Under the pieces are notes generated by a model. The model worked only from the letters and a program-made list of their open reading frames with translations. It ran no database searches and was not told the origin of the DNA. The translations under genes were made by a program, and so were the position numbers. Of a stretch of 64,000 bases of DNA, positions 8,886-20,035 are shown piece after piece. The stretch comes from Corallochytrium limacisporum Hawaii (taxonomy: Eukaryota; Protista; Pluriformea), in contig PDIP01000026.1 in the NCBI GenBank assembly GCA_002811645.1, positions 196,367-260,366 on the forward strand, written 5' to 3'. Numbering within the stretch: the first letter of the stretch is position 1; each line of letters opens with the position of its first letter.

Positions 8886-11387
8886 ATGCCAGCAAGAGCG
8901 ACGGATTCGAAGACGTTCCTGGAGGATTATGTGCTTGAATATGGCAAAAAATCGTTGCAATCAATCGCAACCTCTTACGAAGACTCAACCTTAGACACAG
9001 CATTCACTAGATTCTTGGTTGCTCAATATTCGGGGCGTCTGAGTGAGCAAGACTTGCTCGAACAATACAAACAGAGTGTGGCTACATGTAGCATAGGAAT
9101 TAGCCAACAGTATGACACAGAACGGGCACGTCAACTTCGAGAAGAATGGAAGTGCTGGCTATTGACCACTAAGCTTAGTAACTGCCTGACAGATCTGGTC
9201 AGTCGGATGCTGAGCGACCACCGAGCACGGCTATCGGAGTTCCGGACACAGAGCGGATACATGCAAATCTTCAATGAAGGTGAAATTATTGCTCTCCTGC
9301 GTGAGTTTGATGACAGACTTGCCATCAATGACGCAATCTGTGACTGGCTGGAAGAGATTCAGTCCAGTGCGCTAACAGGAGACCCGAACCGGAATGTGTA
9401 TGCAACACAGACAACATACGTGGGCTGGGAAAGCACGATCGAAGCGGTGACGACAGCGAGGCGTAGTGGACTAGAGGTTCCCACTCTCAGTCTCATTGCT
9501 GACCTAGACCCTGATGCACCCATCCGGGAAGAGGAAGAGCTGACTGCACAAGATGACATGGAGGAGAAAAGACTGTCCCTTGAATTGTATTCCCTGTTGC
9601 GGCAGGGGCGGCTTAGCGACGCTATTAGTCTCTGCACGGTGGTGCGGCAGTTTTGGAAAGCAGCGATCCTCAAGGGCGGTGAGTGCTACTACGATCGCCA
9701 TCTATTGGCTCTTGGAGATGATGTAATCGACGAGTCCGGATTGGAAGAAGCCATGGGCCGCAATTTGGAGAAGAAACGCATTGTTGAAGGGTCATTCCAC
9801 GGGAACATGCACCGCAGCATCTGGAAGAAGCAGATCTGGAGTGCATCAAATCAAAACAAGATAGATCGGTATGAGAAGGCATTGTACGGCGTACTTTCCG
9901 GCAATTTGGAAGCTGTTTTGCCTGTGTGCGACGGGTGGGATGATGCTCTTTGGGCCAACCTCCGTACGACTTCCGTTCGCATGATCGAGGCAGAGTTGAA
10001 TGACAAGGTGATAGCAAACGACTCTAACTTTATGGACACATCGGATACATTCTCAGGTCTTGAGATTGATTTCAACAATCTGTTTAGCCAGCTGAACAAC
10101 CGCTATGAAACCTCTCATTTTGAAGAGATTCAGGAGGCCCTTGTGTTGTGCCATGCCTTTGTGTACCATGCGGCTCAGAATGGATTACGGGACGGGCAAA
10201 CAAAGGCCATGGGCGTAATTGAGGACTTGTTTGATCGGATCACCCGGAATATGGACGGAATTGGCTCAGAACTTGACATTGTCTTTGGGTCTGATCTCAG
10301 CATCGACTTTCTGACTGTTGACCTACTTCGCTTTTATGTACATCTCCTTATCTATCTGCGTCGCAGCGAATGGCTTTCCAGCCCCGAAGCGCGGCGTGTG
10401 CTGTACGGACCGAAAGCGAATGTTGTCCTCTCCCTCTACATCCGTCGTTTGCTTGAAAGCGGCAACCATCACCTAGTGTTCATGTATGTCGCGCTTATGA
10501 CCGATGACGACGTTAAGACAGCACTGATAACGAATTTCCTGAAGGTGGTTGTGACCTGTGATCTGGAGCGCTACGACAGCACCTCAACCTGGGCACCCTT
10601 CTACGAGCTCGGATCCTATGAGCAGTTGGAAATTCCCATGGACCGCAGCATGTACCGGCTAAATCTTGTTCTACAGAACGACATTCACGGAAGCGGAAGT
10701 GCGGTGAGTGAGTTTGATTTTGATCGCGCCATTGAAGCTCTGCACTGGATTGCCTTTACTGGTAGCGACCCATTGCTGCTCGGCATGGGTAACCGTCTGA
10801 TCCGTGTCTGTCTGCTCGCGGATTACAACTTTGAGGCTGCGACGAAGGCACTTGCTAAAGTTCTTGAGCTCCTGGACAGCGACGGCACTGACGCAGGAGG
10901 CACTGACGCAGACAACACTGAGGCCCTCCGTGCAGAGCTTGCATTCTATACCGGGTTGACCGCAGGGTGGAACGAACTCAACGACCTACATATCAAAATT
11001 GCTGACGGCGGCGCCGAGTATGCGGAGTACTTTGAATCAGACCTGGAAGAATTCGAAAAGCACTTCCGTATTCTGTTCCTCTACGATTGGTGTAAGGCAA
11101 TTGCTCCCTTGAAGGTCGAAGCTGATTTGCGGTGTGACGTGGACCGCGCAGATATCTGGCCCCATATAAGCCGCCAATGGCTGCTCCATCTCACATCCTT
11201 GTACCTTAATGTGGCACCGCATAAGAGCGTCAACGGTACGTGGACCGTGCTTGGCATTATAAATGAGAACCCTGTGGATTCGCAGCTCATGGAGCGGTTA
11301 TTTGACATTCAGTCGGAGGCTGAAGTTTTCCTAGGAACAGCCAGTGAACTGCTCATCAACGGCCTTCCCACAGACGACCTGTCGTAA
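8886..11387 (+). CDS. NUP107: Nuclear pore Y-complex protein Nup107/Nup84
   Basis: 833-aa ORF with LIADLDPDAPIRE, LLRQGRLSDAISLC..QFWKAAILKGG, YEKALYGVLSGNL..C..WDDALWA and LRFYVHL, typical of the Nup84/Nup107 family. Confidence 0.88.
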   Translation: MPARATDSKTFLEDYVLEYGKKSLQSIATSYEDSTLDTAFTRFLVAQYSGRLSEQDLLEQYKQSVATCSIGISQQYDTERARQLREEWKCWLLTTKLSNCLTDLVSRMLSDHRARLSEFRTQSGYMQIFNEGEIIALLREFDDRLAINDAICDWLEEIQSSALTGDPNRNVYATQTTYVGWESTIEAVTTARRSGLEVPTLSLIADLDPDAPIREEEELTAQDDMEEKRLSLELYSLLRQGRLSDAISLCTVVRQFWKAAILKGGECYYDRHLLALGDDVIDESGLEEAMGRNLEKKRIVEGSFHGNMHRSIWKKQIWSASNQNKIDRYEKALYGVLSGNLEAVLPVCDGWDDALWANLRTTSVRMIEAELNDKVIANDSNFMDTSDTFSGLEIDFNNLFSQLNNRYETSHFEEIQEALVLCHAFVYHAAQNGLRDGQTKAMGVIEDLFDRITRNMDGIGSELDIVFGSDLSIDFLTVDLLRFYVHLLIYLRRSEWLSSPEARRVLYGPKANVVLSLYIRRLLESGNHHLVFMYVALMTDDDVKTALITNFLKVVVTCDLERYDSTSTWAPFYELGSYEQLEIPMDRSMYRLNLVLQNDIHGSGSAVSEFDFDRAIEALHWIAFTGSDPLLLGMGNRLIRVCLLADYNFEAATKALAKVLELLDSDGTDAGGTDADNTEALRAELAFYTGLTAGWNELNDLHIKIADGGAEYAEYFESDLEEFEKHFRILFLYDWCKAIAPLKVEADLRCDVDRADIWPHISRQWLLHLTSLYLNVAPHKSVNGTWTVLGIINENPVDSQLMERLFDIQSEAEVFLGTASELLINGLPTDDLS

Positions 11388-11467
11388 TTCATGTAAGCCC
11401 CTAATCACAAACAATAGTTCATGTTCAATGTGTATCTTGGCATTGTATTCAAGGCCTTTTAGACGTT

Positions 11468-14400
11468 TTATGCTGCTATAGCACCTCCGCGGTCTCGGTA
11501 TTGCCGTGCAATACTCCTGCCGTGATGGTTGTGTTTTCTTGTCTGCTCCCGATTGCGCAGCCATTCGAGAACGGCTCGATTCATGGCCTGCATGCCATTC
11601 AGGAGGCGTTCCCGTTCGGCGGTGACGGCCAATTTGACTTCCGCTTGCATGCGTTGCTCCATCGCGTTTTCGACGGAACGAATAGTCTCTTGAGAAAGCC
11701 CATTGTTAGCGAGGGCGGATAAATCGACGTTCATTGCCGCGGCCGTCCGCTGCATGGAGTGTGTGACGGTGGCGAGATGAGAGTCCAGCTTGTTCGCCAG
11801 GACACGGGCGATGGAATCCACACCATCTCCGGTGAGGGCACTGGAATCAGGAGGTGATGGTTTCTTCTGTTGTTGTTGCTGTTGCAGTGTCTTACGTTCA
11901 TCTATCGCCTGCTGCATAGCCTGTCGGACCTGACTGTCCACCTCCTGCAGCGTACGTTGGAGGTCCCTGAATGCGTCGGCAGTGGTCGGAATGTGTCGGA
12001 GGACCTCCATGAGCTTGGCACTGTGTTCATCTCGTACGTGTGTTAGGACCTTGAGCTGATGTGCATTCTCACCGCGCAGCCCTCTCACGGATGCCACAGC
12101 CTTGCGTTGGTCCATCAACGACTCCTGTAGCTGCTCCATTGTGGCAAGCATACGCTTCTGTTTTGCTGTCCCTTGTCTGAGTTTGTCATTTGTGCGGCCA
12201 AGCTTGGTGACGGAGTCCCGATACTGATCGGACAGCTCGGAAAGTTCATTGCGGAGCACATGGCAAGTCATGCACGCCTCCTTGTCTTCGAACCTGTCAG
12301 TTACGAGGAGCACTTCATCTGTCTGCGTGCCACGGACATACTGCTGCACACCAATGGTCTGCGTGGCTGCCCAATTTTGCTGATTGTGGCGGCGCTCGGC
12401 CATGTCTTTGGATACTTGTGCAAAAAATGGCGCCCAGTCCTTGTGGCATAGTTGGTGGTGCAGGACGCAACTCTTCTCCAACACCACGTCCTCGGATGAT
12501 CCAATCTGCTCTTGGAACAGGTTGATCAGATCGGCTTGCAAGTTTTGGAACTCCTGGTGCAGGCGCTGACTGTTCTCCACATTCGCGTTGGTAAGCTGCG
12601 CGACGCTTTCATGGATGGCGCCTTCCTGAAGCTGGTGCAGGCGGGCAATTTCCTGCTGGTGAGCCGAACGCAGGTCTTCCAGCTGCTTGATGTGGTTTGC
12701 AGCCATCTGCTTCAATTCGCTCTCTCGCTGCTGCAGCTGCTGGGGCTCCCTTTCTATAGTGCTTTGCTTCTCCACCAGAACATTCTCCAACCGAGCAATC
12801 TCTGCCTTCAGCACAGCCTGCTGCTTTTCGTTTCTACTTTGCAAGACGTCAATCTCTGCCTTGTGTTTCTCAGTGAGACTGTCGGAGCCCTCCTGCTCCT
12901 CTTCTAGCATTTTGCTAATTTTCAGGTACTCCTTTTTCACGTCGGACACTTCAAGGACGGCGCGATGGTACTTCTGTTCCCACTCCCACACACCGCCCTC
13001 ACTGGCCTTTTCGATCAACTCGTCACGGACCTTTTCCAGTTTAGCAATATCCTTCAGCAAGCCATCTGCGTAAGCATCTTTTTCCGTGATGACTCCTCGG
13101 GCCAGATCCAATTCACCCTGAAGATGTGCAAAGGCCTGATGAAGGTCATTAATCTCCTCCTCCATTGCTTTATGTACCTCGGGATCCACGATCATGTCTC
13201 CGGACACCAAAGTTTCGATGTTCTGGTCCACCTTATTGACCACATTGCCGTCAACCTGGCCCACATCAATGCCAACCTGAACTGCCTGACTTTCCTGAAC
13301 AACAGACGGTTTCACAGTCACCGTGTGACTACCTTGCTTAAGATGACGCAGTGCCTCCAGTAGCGCCGATTCCATGCAACAGACATTGATGTCACTGTCT
13401 TGCATGGCAGAAGAGTCTGTATCATTCACATACTTCTGCCAGAGTTCACGAACCGCCTTGCCGTTTGGACACTTGCACGTATTAAGCGCTCGTTGTTGTG
13501 ATAAGAGATCCATTGACTCCCTGAGCAGGCCGCATTCCCGGTATGCCTCGTCCAGATCCTGTTGCATATCGCTAATCATGGTCTGTAGTACCGTGTTTGT
13601 GCGGTTGCTCTCTTGCAAACTATCTCGAAGTTTGTTGAGGGCATCAGGGTCCGCATTTTCGTCGTTGATGATGGAAACCATTGCCTCTGATCCGCGTCCA
13701 TCTAGGATCGCTTGGATGTTCTGTGTATACATCTGATCCTTTGTCTCTAGCATTCGTGATAGGGCTGACACCTTGGCTTCGAGATCGGCACGCTCATTCT
13801 GCCACTTATGGCGAGCGCTGGTGAAATCCGTGCGTAGCGTCTCGACATCGCGTTCGGACCCGTACCGCTTGAGTTCTGCATTTTCCTGCTGTGTTGTTTC
13901 CAGTGCTACAGTGTACTCAACGACCTGTTCCTTTTTCCGTTCCACCTCTACATGCAAACTCTTAATCTGGGCCTCGAGGTCGTCGATCTTTGTCTCGAGA
14001 CGAACCTCATTAGTTTGCGCGTCACTCTCACGAGTCTCAAGTTCGTGGATCCTTTGCGTGGCAACCTCCAATTTCTCCAAGAAATGCCGTACCTGTTCGC
14101 TATGTTCACTCTTGAGTGTGTGCACATCCTGGTTGAGCTTTGCTGATCTCTCCCGCTCAGCTTCTAAGAGTACCCGGAGTTCGCGCGCATCCTCGCTTTC
14201 ATTACTGTACTTGAGGAGTGCGGTGGAAGATGCAAACTCAGGAGGCCGACGTTTGGGACTGGTGTCTGTTTGTACAACAGGTAGAATCCGTGTCGTTTCA
14301 TCAATGTTATCCGCGTCTGATTCCAAATCATCGTCATCGTCATCTTCAAACACCGCGTGGGCGTCATTCAGCAAGATCTCAATTTCCCGCGTCAGCTCCG

Positions 14401-14554
14401 CCCGACGATCCTGATTGTCGACGTCTGATACATCGCTGTTGTTGTCGTACTGAATATTGTCTAGTTTGCTGACGTCGATTTCCTGTGCCCATTCATCGGG
14501 ATCCTGTCCGGCCCGCGTTGATGACGCCACTTCTGCTTGAACGGGGTGAGGCAT
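11468..14554 (-). CDS. CEP152: Long coiled-coil protein, CEP152/Asterless-like centriole duplication factor
   Basis: 1028 aa. N-terminal DNQDRRAELTREIEILLNDAHAVFEDDDDD resembles the Plk4-binding acidic helix of CEP152/Asl. ELRVLLEAERER and EVRLETKIDDLEAQIKSL..VALETTQQENAELKR resemble CEP152 coiled-coil 1. C-terminal EVKLAVTAERERLLNGM resembles the conserved CEP152 C-terminal block. CDS is secure; orthology is moderate. Confidence 0.65.
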   Translation of the reverse strand: MPHPVQAEVASSTRAGQDPDEWAQEIDVSKLDNIQYDNNSDVSDVDNQDRRAELTREIEILLNDAHAVFEDDDDDDLESDADNIDETTRILPVVQTDTSPKRRPPEFASSTALLKYSNESEDARELRVLLEAERERSAKLNQDVHTLKSEHSEQVRHFLEKLEVATQRIHELETRESDAQTNEVRLETKIDDLEAQIKSLHVEVERKKEQVVEYTVALETTQQENAELKRYGSERDVETLRTDFTSARHKWQNERADLEAKVSALSRMLETKDQMYTQNIQAILDGRGSEAMVSIINDENADPDALNKLRDSLQESNRTNTVLQTMISDMQQDLDEAYRECGLLRESMDLLSQQRALNTCKCPNGKAVRELWQKYVNDTDSSAMQDSDINVCCMESALLEALRHLKQGSHTVTVKPSVVQESQAVQVGIDVGQVDGNVVNKVDQNIETLVSGDMIVDPEVHKAMEEEINDLHQAFAHLQGELDLARGVITEKDAYADGLLKDIAKLEKVRDELIEKASEGGVWEWEQKYHRAVLEVSDVKKEYLKISKMLEEEQEGSDSLTEKHKAEIDVLQSRNEKQQAVLKAEIARLENVLVEKQSTIEREPQQLQQRESELKQMAANHIKQLEDLRSAHQQEIARLHQLQEGAIHESVAQLTNANVENSQRLHQEFQNLQADLINLFQEQIGSSEDVVLEKSCVLHHQLCHKDWAPFFAQVSKDMAERRHNQQNWAATQTIGVQQYVRGTQTDEVLLVTDRFEDKEACMTCHVLRNELSELSDQYRDSVTKLGRTNDKLRQGTAKQKRMLATMEQLQESLMDQRKAVASVRGLRGENAHQLKVLTHVRDEHSAKLMEVLRHIPTTADAFRDLQRTLQEVDSQVRQAMQQAIDERKTLQQQQQQKKPSPPDSSALTGDGVDSIARVLANKLDSHLATVTHSMQRTAAAMNVDLSALANNGLSQETIRSVENAMEQRMQAEVKLAVTAERERLLNGMQAMNRAVLEWLRNREQTRKHNHHGRSIARQYRDRGGAIAA

Positions 14555-14785
14555 TCTGTTGTGTTCTTCGGCTTCCCTTGGACCTACCCAAGCTGTTCAG
14601 GTTTTATATACCGTCATGGCACAATATCCCGTGGTGTTCAACATCAAATTAAATACGAAATATAGTAGGAGCTCCATCCGTTCACGTTCTCAAGTACCCA
14701 TCGATGCTCTCCGCGGGCCAAGTTAGTGTCCCAAGTACCACACAAGAACCCGCCCTAGCAGTCGCGCAGGGTTAGGGGGATTTCC

Positions 14786-14810
14786 TATATATATTTTTTC
14801 GCGCGCAAAA
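14786..14810. promoter_or_regulatory. TATA-like tract plus near-palindromic E2F-like site in the CEP152/TIMMDC1 divergent promoter
   Basis: tatatata followed by ttttttcgcgcgcaaaa (contains TTTCGCGC), ~240 bp upstream of the CEP152-like ATG. Confidence 0.4.
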
Positions 14811-15144
14811 GAGAACGCGGAGAAATAGGACCCCTCCCGCCTTTGACTCACGGCACCAATATTAGTTTTTTAAATGCCTCAGCTTTTTAATTAAGTAATC
14901 GGAGAGAACTGCGTGGAGAAACAGCACATACCATCTGTGTGTTGTGTCATGCACGGGGCGGGTGAGGAAGAATCGGCCATCTCCGACATACTGCGGATGC
15001 GATAGTTGGCAGGTTGCTATTTGATGCGTGTGCCTATCTCATCGTGAGTTTTGTAGTGCACATTATTAGGTTAGTGCAAAATTTGAAATAGAATCGAAAC
15101 TAGAACATGATGTGACGGGAAGATCAAGTGAATACCAAATAAAC

Positions 15145-15954
15145 ATGGACGGTCTTTTTTGGGGCCTGCAGATCCCTATAGAGATACACGATGATATAGA
15201 CCTCTACGATAAAGAAGGAAATCATGTTGGTGTCAAACCAGCCCCATTTGGTGCCATATTCGAAGGCATGGGCCGCCGTGTGCATTCCGAAGGGGAGGCT
15301 ATGCAGTACGGTGGACCTCCCGAGGAATTGGCCATCGCCGGCAAGGACGCCCTGAACATTGCAACCTTCGGTGCAGTACTAGGATCACTACAAGGGGCGA
15401 AATTAGGAGATGCGAAATGGATGGCAGAAAACAAGGACACCGTGTTCGCTGGACGACACGAGCCCCGGCGCTTGCGAAACTACGCCGTCATTTTGGGAGG
15501 TGTAAGAATGGGATCGAAATACGGAGGATACTTGGGACTCTTTGGCGGTACGTACAGTCTTGCAGTACAGTTGCTCGAACGACAGCGACGGATAAGGGAT
15601 CCCAGTAATGGCATCATGGCGGGCGCGGTCGCAGGGGCAGTCACCTCGTTGCCGACTTTGTCCCCGCGGGTCACCATTTTGAGCACTCTCCTAGGCGCTG
15701 TGGTCGGTGGCTGTGGCAGCATCCTACAAATTGCTGTGATGCTTGGACGCAAGGAATATACCCCTGAAAGGTATGTTGATCCCATTGAAGAAGTCAGGGA
15801 GAAACGACGTATAAAGAAGGCCATGTTTGAACGAGATATGATGGCAACCGAAGCCGCCATCCTAGATATGCAGCTTGGCATGCTTGACAGTGACGATCTC
15901 CTCAAGGAAACGAAGAAACTTGCGGATGGACAGCAGGCAAAGGCACGTGAGTGA
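15145..15954 (+). CDS. TIMMDC1: Tim17/Tim22/Tim23-family membrane protein, TIMMDC1-like complex I assembly factor
   Basis: Four Gly-rich TM segments; KWMAENKDTVF spacer; RRIRDPSNGIMAGAVAGAV (PRAT-like); charged C-terminal tail. First ATG at 15145. Confidence 0.7.
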   Translation: MDGLFWGLQIPIEIHDDIDLYDKEGNHVGVKPAPFGAIFEGMGRRVHSEGEAMQYGGPPEELAIAGKDALNIATFGAVLGSLQGAKLGDAKWMAENKDTVFAGRHEPRRLRNYAVILGGVRMGSKYGGYLGLFGGTYSLAVQLLERQRRIRDPSNGIMAGAVAGAVTSLPTLSPRVTILSTLLGAVVGGCGSILQIAVMLGRKEYTPERYVDPIEEVREKRRIKKAMFERDMMATEAAILDMQLGMLDSDDLLKETKKLADGQQAKARE

Positions 15955-16377
15955 TACCTCGTTGCCTTGTCTTCTCGAAGGCAGTATATCGAGAACAATC
16001 ACCGGAATCACCAATACATGCTCATCAACCACTTCCCCAATAGGTCATTTCGATACATTTTTGGTCTGGGTGCCGCTGGTTCATATACTACACTCTGATT
16101 GGTCAACTTCCCTCCGGTAGTCAATGTACTGAGTAGGTAACAAATCCAATACTTTAACTACGGGACGCCCTCCCCCTTCGAAGGGACGGGTTAACAGGCC
16201 CCGCAAAGTTCGGGGCGCCCTCTCCATCCCGTTGTTGGCTGCTAAAGGAAAGTTACCATTTCACAATTGAGCCCTAACGGACTCCAATTCAAACTTCCAA
16301 GGGTTCCACGGGTTCTTCAGAGGAACAATCACTGCATATTAAAACCCCAAATCACTCATAAATAATATCATCGCGAG

Positions 16378-16467
16378 GTGAGTACGCAGTGGCGGATTAA
16401 GTTTTGGTTGTAAACAGCGTTGAAACATGTAAAAGGAGGAATGCTTAATCACGGAATTGAAATGCAG
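16378..16467 (+). other. Candidate 90-nt 5'-UTR intron of the PDZ gene
   Basis: AG|GTGAGT at 16378, branch-like CTTAAT at 16444-16449, tgCAG at 16467, ATG at 16477. Confidence 0.55.
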
Positions 16468-16476
16468 TCCGCTTTC

Positions 16477-18216
16477 ATGGCAGAAAGTGCCAGTAGCCGC
16501 TGGGAATCATGGGCCCGGCTTAACAAAGCAGCTACAGCATGGCATGGAGGGTCTATGACTTCCATTCCTGACCACACTGAAATCGACTTCTGTGATGTCT
16601 TTACGTTCAACGTAACGCGGTACATGCGCAAGGCAGGGATAGGCCTTACACTAAAGGGGTCTCGCAAATATGGTGTGCCTCCGTTTGTGCATGCTGTGGA
16701 GGAGGGTTCGCCGTGTCATGATATGAATTTCATGCCTGGTGATCAGATTCTTTCCATCAATGGTCACTCGTGCGCAGCGGCCAGCGTAGAGGAGGTTGCG
16801 GAACTCATACATGAAACTTTCGATGGTCCGGGTGAACTTGTAGTAGAAATTGCAGTAAACACTGCGTTCACAAGTCTGCTGCTTGGAGTACCATACGAAG
16901 TTGCTGCTTCGCAACTGATTCCACGGTTCCAAAGGCCAATGAGGACGCCCAGAGAGGCCTCACAAACGAGCTCCGCAATATCACAAGCAACTCCTCAAAA
17001 CAGTGATCCCAATCTTAACATTCACATGGTGGAATCCACCACGTCCATCTTCGAAAATCTCCAATATTGCGAAGGCGAGCGAGAGGCGAAGGAAACCGAG
17101 AAACCAGATCCTACAAACCCAGGATATAACAGTCCCAGCATCGAAGTAACAGACATTGACTTGGAGACCACGACCGAAGACTACGGACAAGACCTTGCGT
17201 TCGACGATAAGGAGGAAGAGACTCATACTGTGGAAGAGACTCAAACTGTGGAAGAGACTCAAACTGGGGACGAGGCTCAGACTGTCGAAGAGATTCAGGC
17301 TGAGGAAGAGGCTCAGACTGTCGAAGAGATTCAGGCTGAGGAAGAGGCTCAGGCTGTCGAAAAGACTCAGACTGTGGAAGAGACTCAGGCTGTGGAAGAG
17401 GCTCAGACTGTCGATGAGACTCAGGCTGTGGAAGAGGATAAGACTGCGGAAGAGGCTGAGGCTGCACAAGAGGCTGAGGCTGCACAAGAGGCGGAGGCTG
17501 CACAAGAGGCTCAGGCTGTGGATGAGAATCTGGTAGAAGATGTTGCTCAGGTTGATGATGAGACGCAGACTGAGGATGAGGTTCAGACCGAGGATGAGGT
17601 TCAGACTGAGGATGAGGTTCAGACTGAGGTCGAGGCTCAGGTTGCTGAAGAGTCTCAGGCTGCTGAAGAGTCCCAGGCTGCTGATGAGGCTCAGGCTGCT
17701 GATGAGGCTCAGGCTGCTGATGAGGCTAAGGCGGCTGATGAGGCTCAGGCTGCTTATGAGGCTCAGGTTGCGGATGAGGCTCAGGTTCAAGATGAGGAAC
17801 CGACCGAGTTTGATGAGTCTAATGCCGGGGCTGCCACCAAGAATGACGAGAAGGATGCAGGCGAGGCAATGGAAACACCAGCTGACGATCCAAAGCCCCA
17901 ACCGCAAGACACACCCACGGAGCCGGTAGAGGAAGGAACCAACCAAGACCTTTTGATGAAGTTGCAAACCATTTCCAAACGCAATGCCGCTAGATTGGGT
18001 ATTTCTCAGAGCGATGTTGAGAGGGCACGTAAGTATCGCGAATTTCGGCGGCAGCAGAGCTCCAGCTTGGGCAATCTCAGCACCATACCAACACACGAGC
18101 AGCCCATTCGGGACATGACTGCCAAGTATTCGCGTGAAGGACAACCCGAGCGGCTATCCCTAAAAGACAAGGTGATCTTGTACGACTACATCACAAAGGA
18201 TTCTGATGATGCATGA
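16477..18216 (+). CDS. PDZ-domain protein with a long acidic tandem-repeat region
   Basis: GIGLTLKG..PPFVHAVEEGSPC...PGDQILSINGHSC..SVEEVAELI is a PDZ domain. It is followed by E/D/A/Q-rich hexapeptide repeats and a basic C-terminal segment. Start uncertain (16441, 16462 or 16477). Confidence 0.85.
   Translation: MAESASSRWESWARLNKAATAWHGGSMTSIPDHTEIDFCDVFTFNVTRYMRKAGIGLTLKGSRKYGVPPFVHAVEEGSPCHDMNFMPGDQILSINGHSCAAASVEEVAELIHETFDGPGELVVEIAVNTAFTSLLLGVPYEVAASQLIPRFQRPMRTPREASQTSSAISQATPQNSDPNLNIHMVESTTSIFENLQYCEGEREAKETEKPDPTNPGYNSPSIEVTDIDLETTTEDYGQDLAFDDKEEETHTVEETQTVEETQTGDEAQTVEEIQAEEEAQTVEEIQAEEEAQAVEKTQTVEETQAVEEAQTVDETQAVEEDKTAEEAEAAQEAEAAQEAEAAQEAQAVDENLVEDVAQVDDETQTEDEVQTEDEVQTEDEVQTEVEAQVAEESQAAEESQAADEAQAADEAQAADEAKAADEAQAAYEAQVADEAQVQDEEPTEFDESNAGAATKNDEKDAGEAMETPADDPKPQPQDTPTEPVEEGTNQDLLMKLQTISKRNAARLGISQSDVERARKYREFRRQQSSSLGNLSTIPTHEQPIRDMTAKYSREGQPERLSLKDKVILYDYITKDSDDA
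17212..17798 (+). repeat. Coding 18-bp minisatellite (~30 degenerate units, EEAQTV/DEAQAA)
   Basis: Repeating units such as gaagaggctcagactgtc and gatgaggctcaggctgct. Confidence 0.9.
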
Positions 18217-19204
18217 ACCAACCAACCAAAGTACTGAATACACCCTTTACGAAACTTCACATCCTTTAGCTTTGCCACCGTTGAGGAATCTTTCTCTTCG
18301 CAGGGACCGCCCTTCCCATTCTCCGGGGGCCTATTTACAGCCCGCCGGGAAAGCAAGTAGGAGCATCGCTTTTCACTCACCAAGGTGTTTTGAATGTCGC
18401 GTGGAACTTTCGCCCTATAATATTTCGGTTCTGAATGACATCACAATTTCGGAAACCTCACATTTCAGTTTTATGGTGGCGTTCTTTACAAAAATACATG
18501 CTGGATAAACAGGGCCGCCATCCACATCGCCGAAGGTCGTTTCATAACCAACCGGGCCAAAGCAAATTAGTTCAGCGACAGAGGAAAAGTAAAACCCGTT
18601 GTTCTCGCGGGTAACCTGCAAAAGTTGCCAATAATCCTGGTTGGTAGACTGTTGAGCAACGAACCACCACCACGCATTCCTGACCCCGCCCCAGGGCCAT
18701 CTACAAAACTACCGGACATCGTGCAGTTTTGGCTCCTCTTTGCACGCAGCCTCGAATTTTCTAAGAGCTCTTGCAAACACGGCGTGCCAGTATGTATGGA
18801 GTACGCAGGGCTGCGCTGCGTTGCAGGTACAAAAGCGTCTGATGCCACCCCGGGGGGGGGGGTTTTGTAACACATCCCTCCGGTTCTTTTTTTTTTGCGC
18901 GAAAGTTGTCACTTTGTCCCGGGCCCTGTAGAAAGGGGACAGGAGCGGGTGCGGTTGTCTATTTATACTTTTCCGTTTGGACACCATCACATGGGGGCAA
19001 CCAGTCCCCCAAAACCCGAAATATGTACGGCTGGGTCCTGCCCAATTCTGTTTCTTTTGATTTCTTCCCAATACCAACACAGAACGATCCTCATCATCAC
19101 TAATCGCACTTGTCCGTGTGGAACGCATGCGTGTGTCCGGGTGTTCCCAGACGAGCCGAAAGGCTCGTTACACACGCACGCACACACACACACACACCGG
19201 GGGA

Positions 19205-19410
19205 NNNNNNNNNNNNNNNNNNNNNNNNNNNNNNNNNNNNNNNNNNNNNNNNNNNNNNNNNNNNNNNNNNNNNNNNNNNNNNNNNNNNNNNNNNNNNNNN
19301 NNNNNNNNNNNNNNNNNNNNNNNNNNNNNNNNNNNNNNNNNNNNNNNNNNNNNNNNNNNNNNNNNNNNNNNNNNNNNNNNNNNNNNNNNNNNNNNNNNNN
19401 NNNNNNNNNN
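19205..19410. other. Assembly gap
   Basis: N run flanked by (CA)n and poly-G. Confidence 1.
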
Positions 19411-19963
19411 GGGGGGGGGGCGCACCGTCCTGGGCGCCCGGTTTCTTTCGTTTTTCCCTGGTTCTTCGACTGAACTTGGAAAGTCAGAATTTTGAAAGGG
19501 GTAGGGATGGCCTCGCGAGAGGGGGGGGACGGGTTTAAAGCCAAAAGTACGGAAGGGGGAAACACAAGCCCTTCTTTCCCCTTCCTCCTTAGTCTGAGCG
19601 GGAACGCGGAACGGAAAAAGAAATCGATGTACCCGCCATGGTGGACCACGGAGAACGAGAAGGGATTGTATAATGAATGTATACCCAAGAAATTCGCGAG
19701 TAGGTAAACAGACCATAAAACGAAGGGCACCCTTCCCGGGCCCGCCGGAACGAAAACAAAAATCTTTAAAGGTTCTACGTTAACGTGTGATGGGGGCCTA
19801 ATTTTACAAGTGACAGGTGCCGTGGCCATAGGTATTGCTCTCATACTGATGTGCGTGCTATAACTAGTTCATACTGGGTATACTGTCATTAATACCCACA
19901 CATATGTTCCACGTGCGATAGGTAAAAAGGGTGGCCCCCCCAAGAATTGGCGTCCAGCAGACA

Positions 19964-20035
19964 AGAGAGAGAGCGAGAGGGAGAGAGAGAGCCGAGAAGA
20001 GGGAGAGAACGAGAGAGAGAGAGAGAGGGAGAGAG
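19964..20035. repeat. Imperfect (GA)n microsatellite
   Basis: gagagagagcgagagggagagagaga... Confidence 0.9.

Noticed and set aside
16981-18144. 387-aa antisense ORF and K/R/L-rich alternative-frame ORFs
   Set aside because: By-products of the stop-free 18-bp repeat in the PDZ gene.
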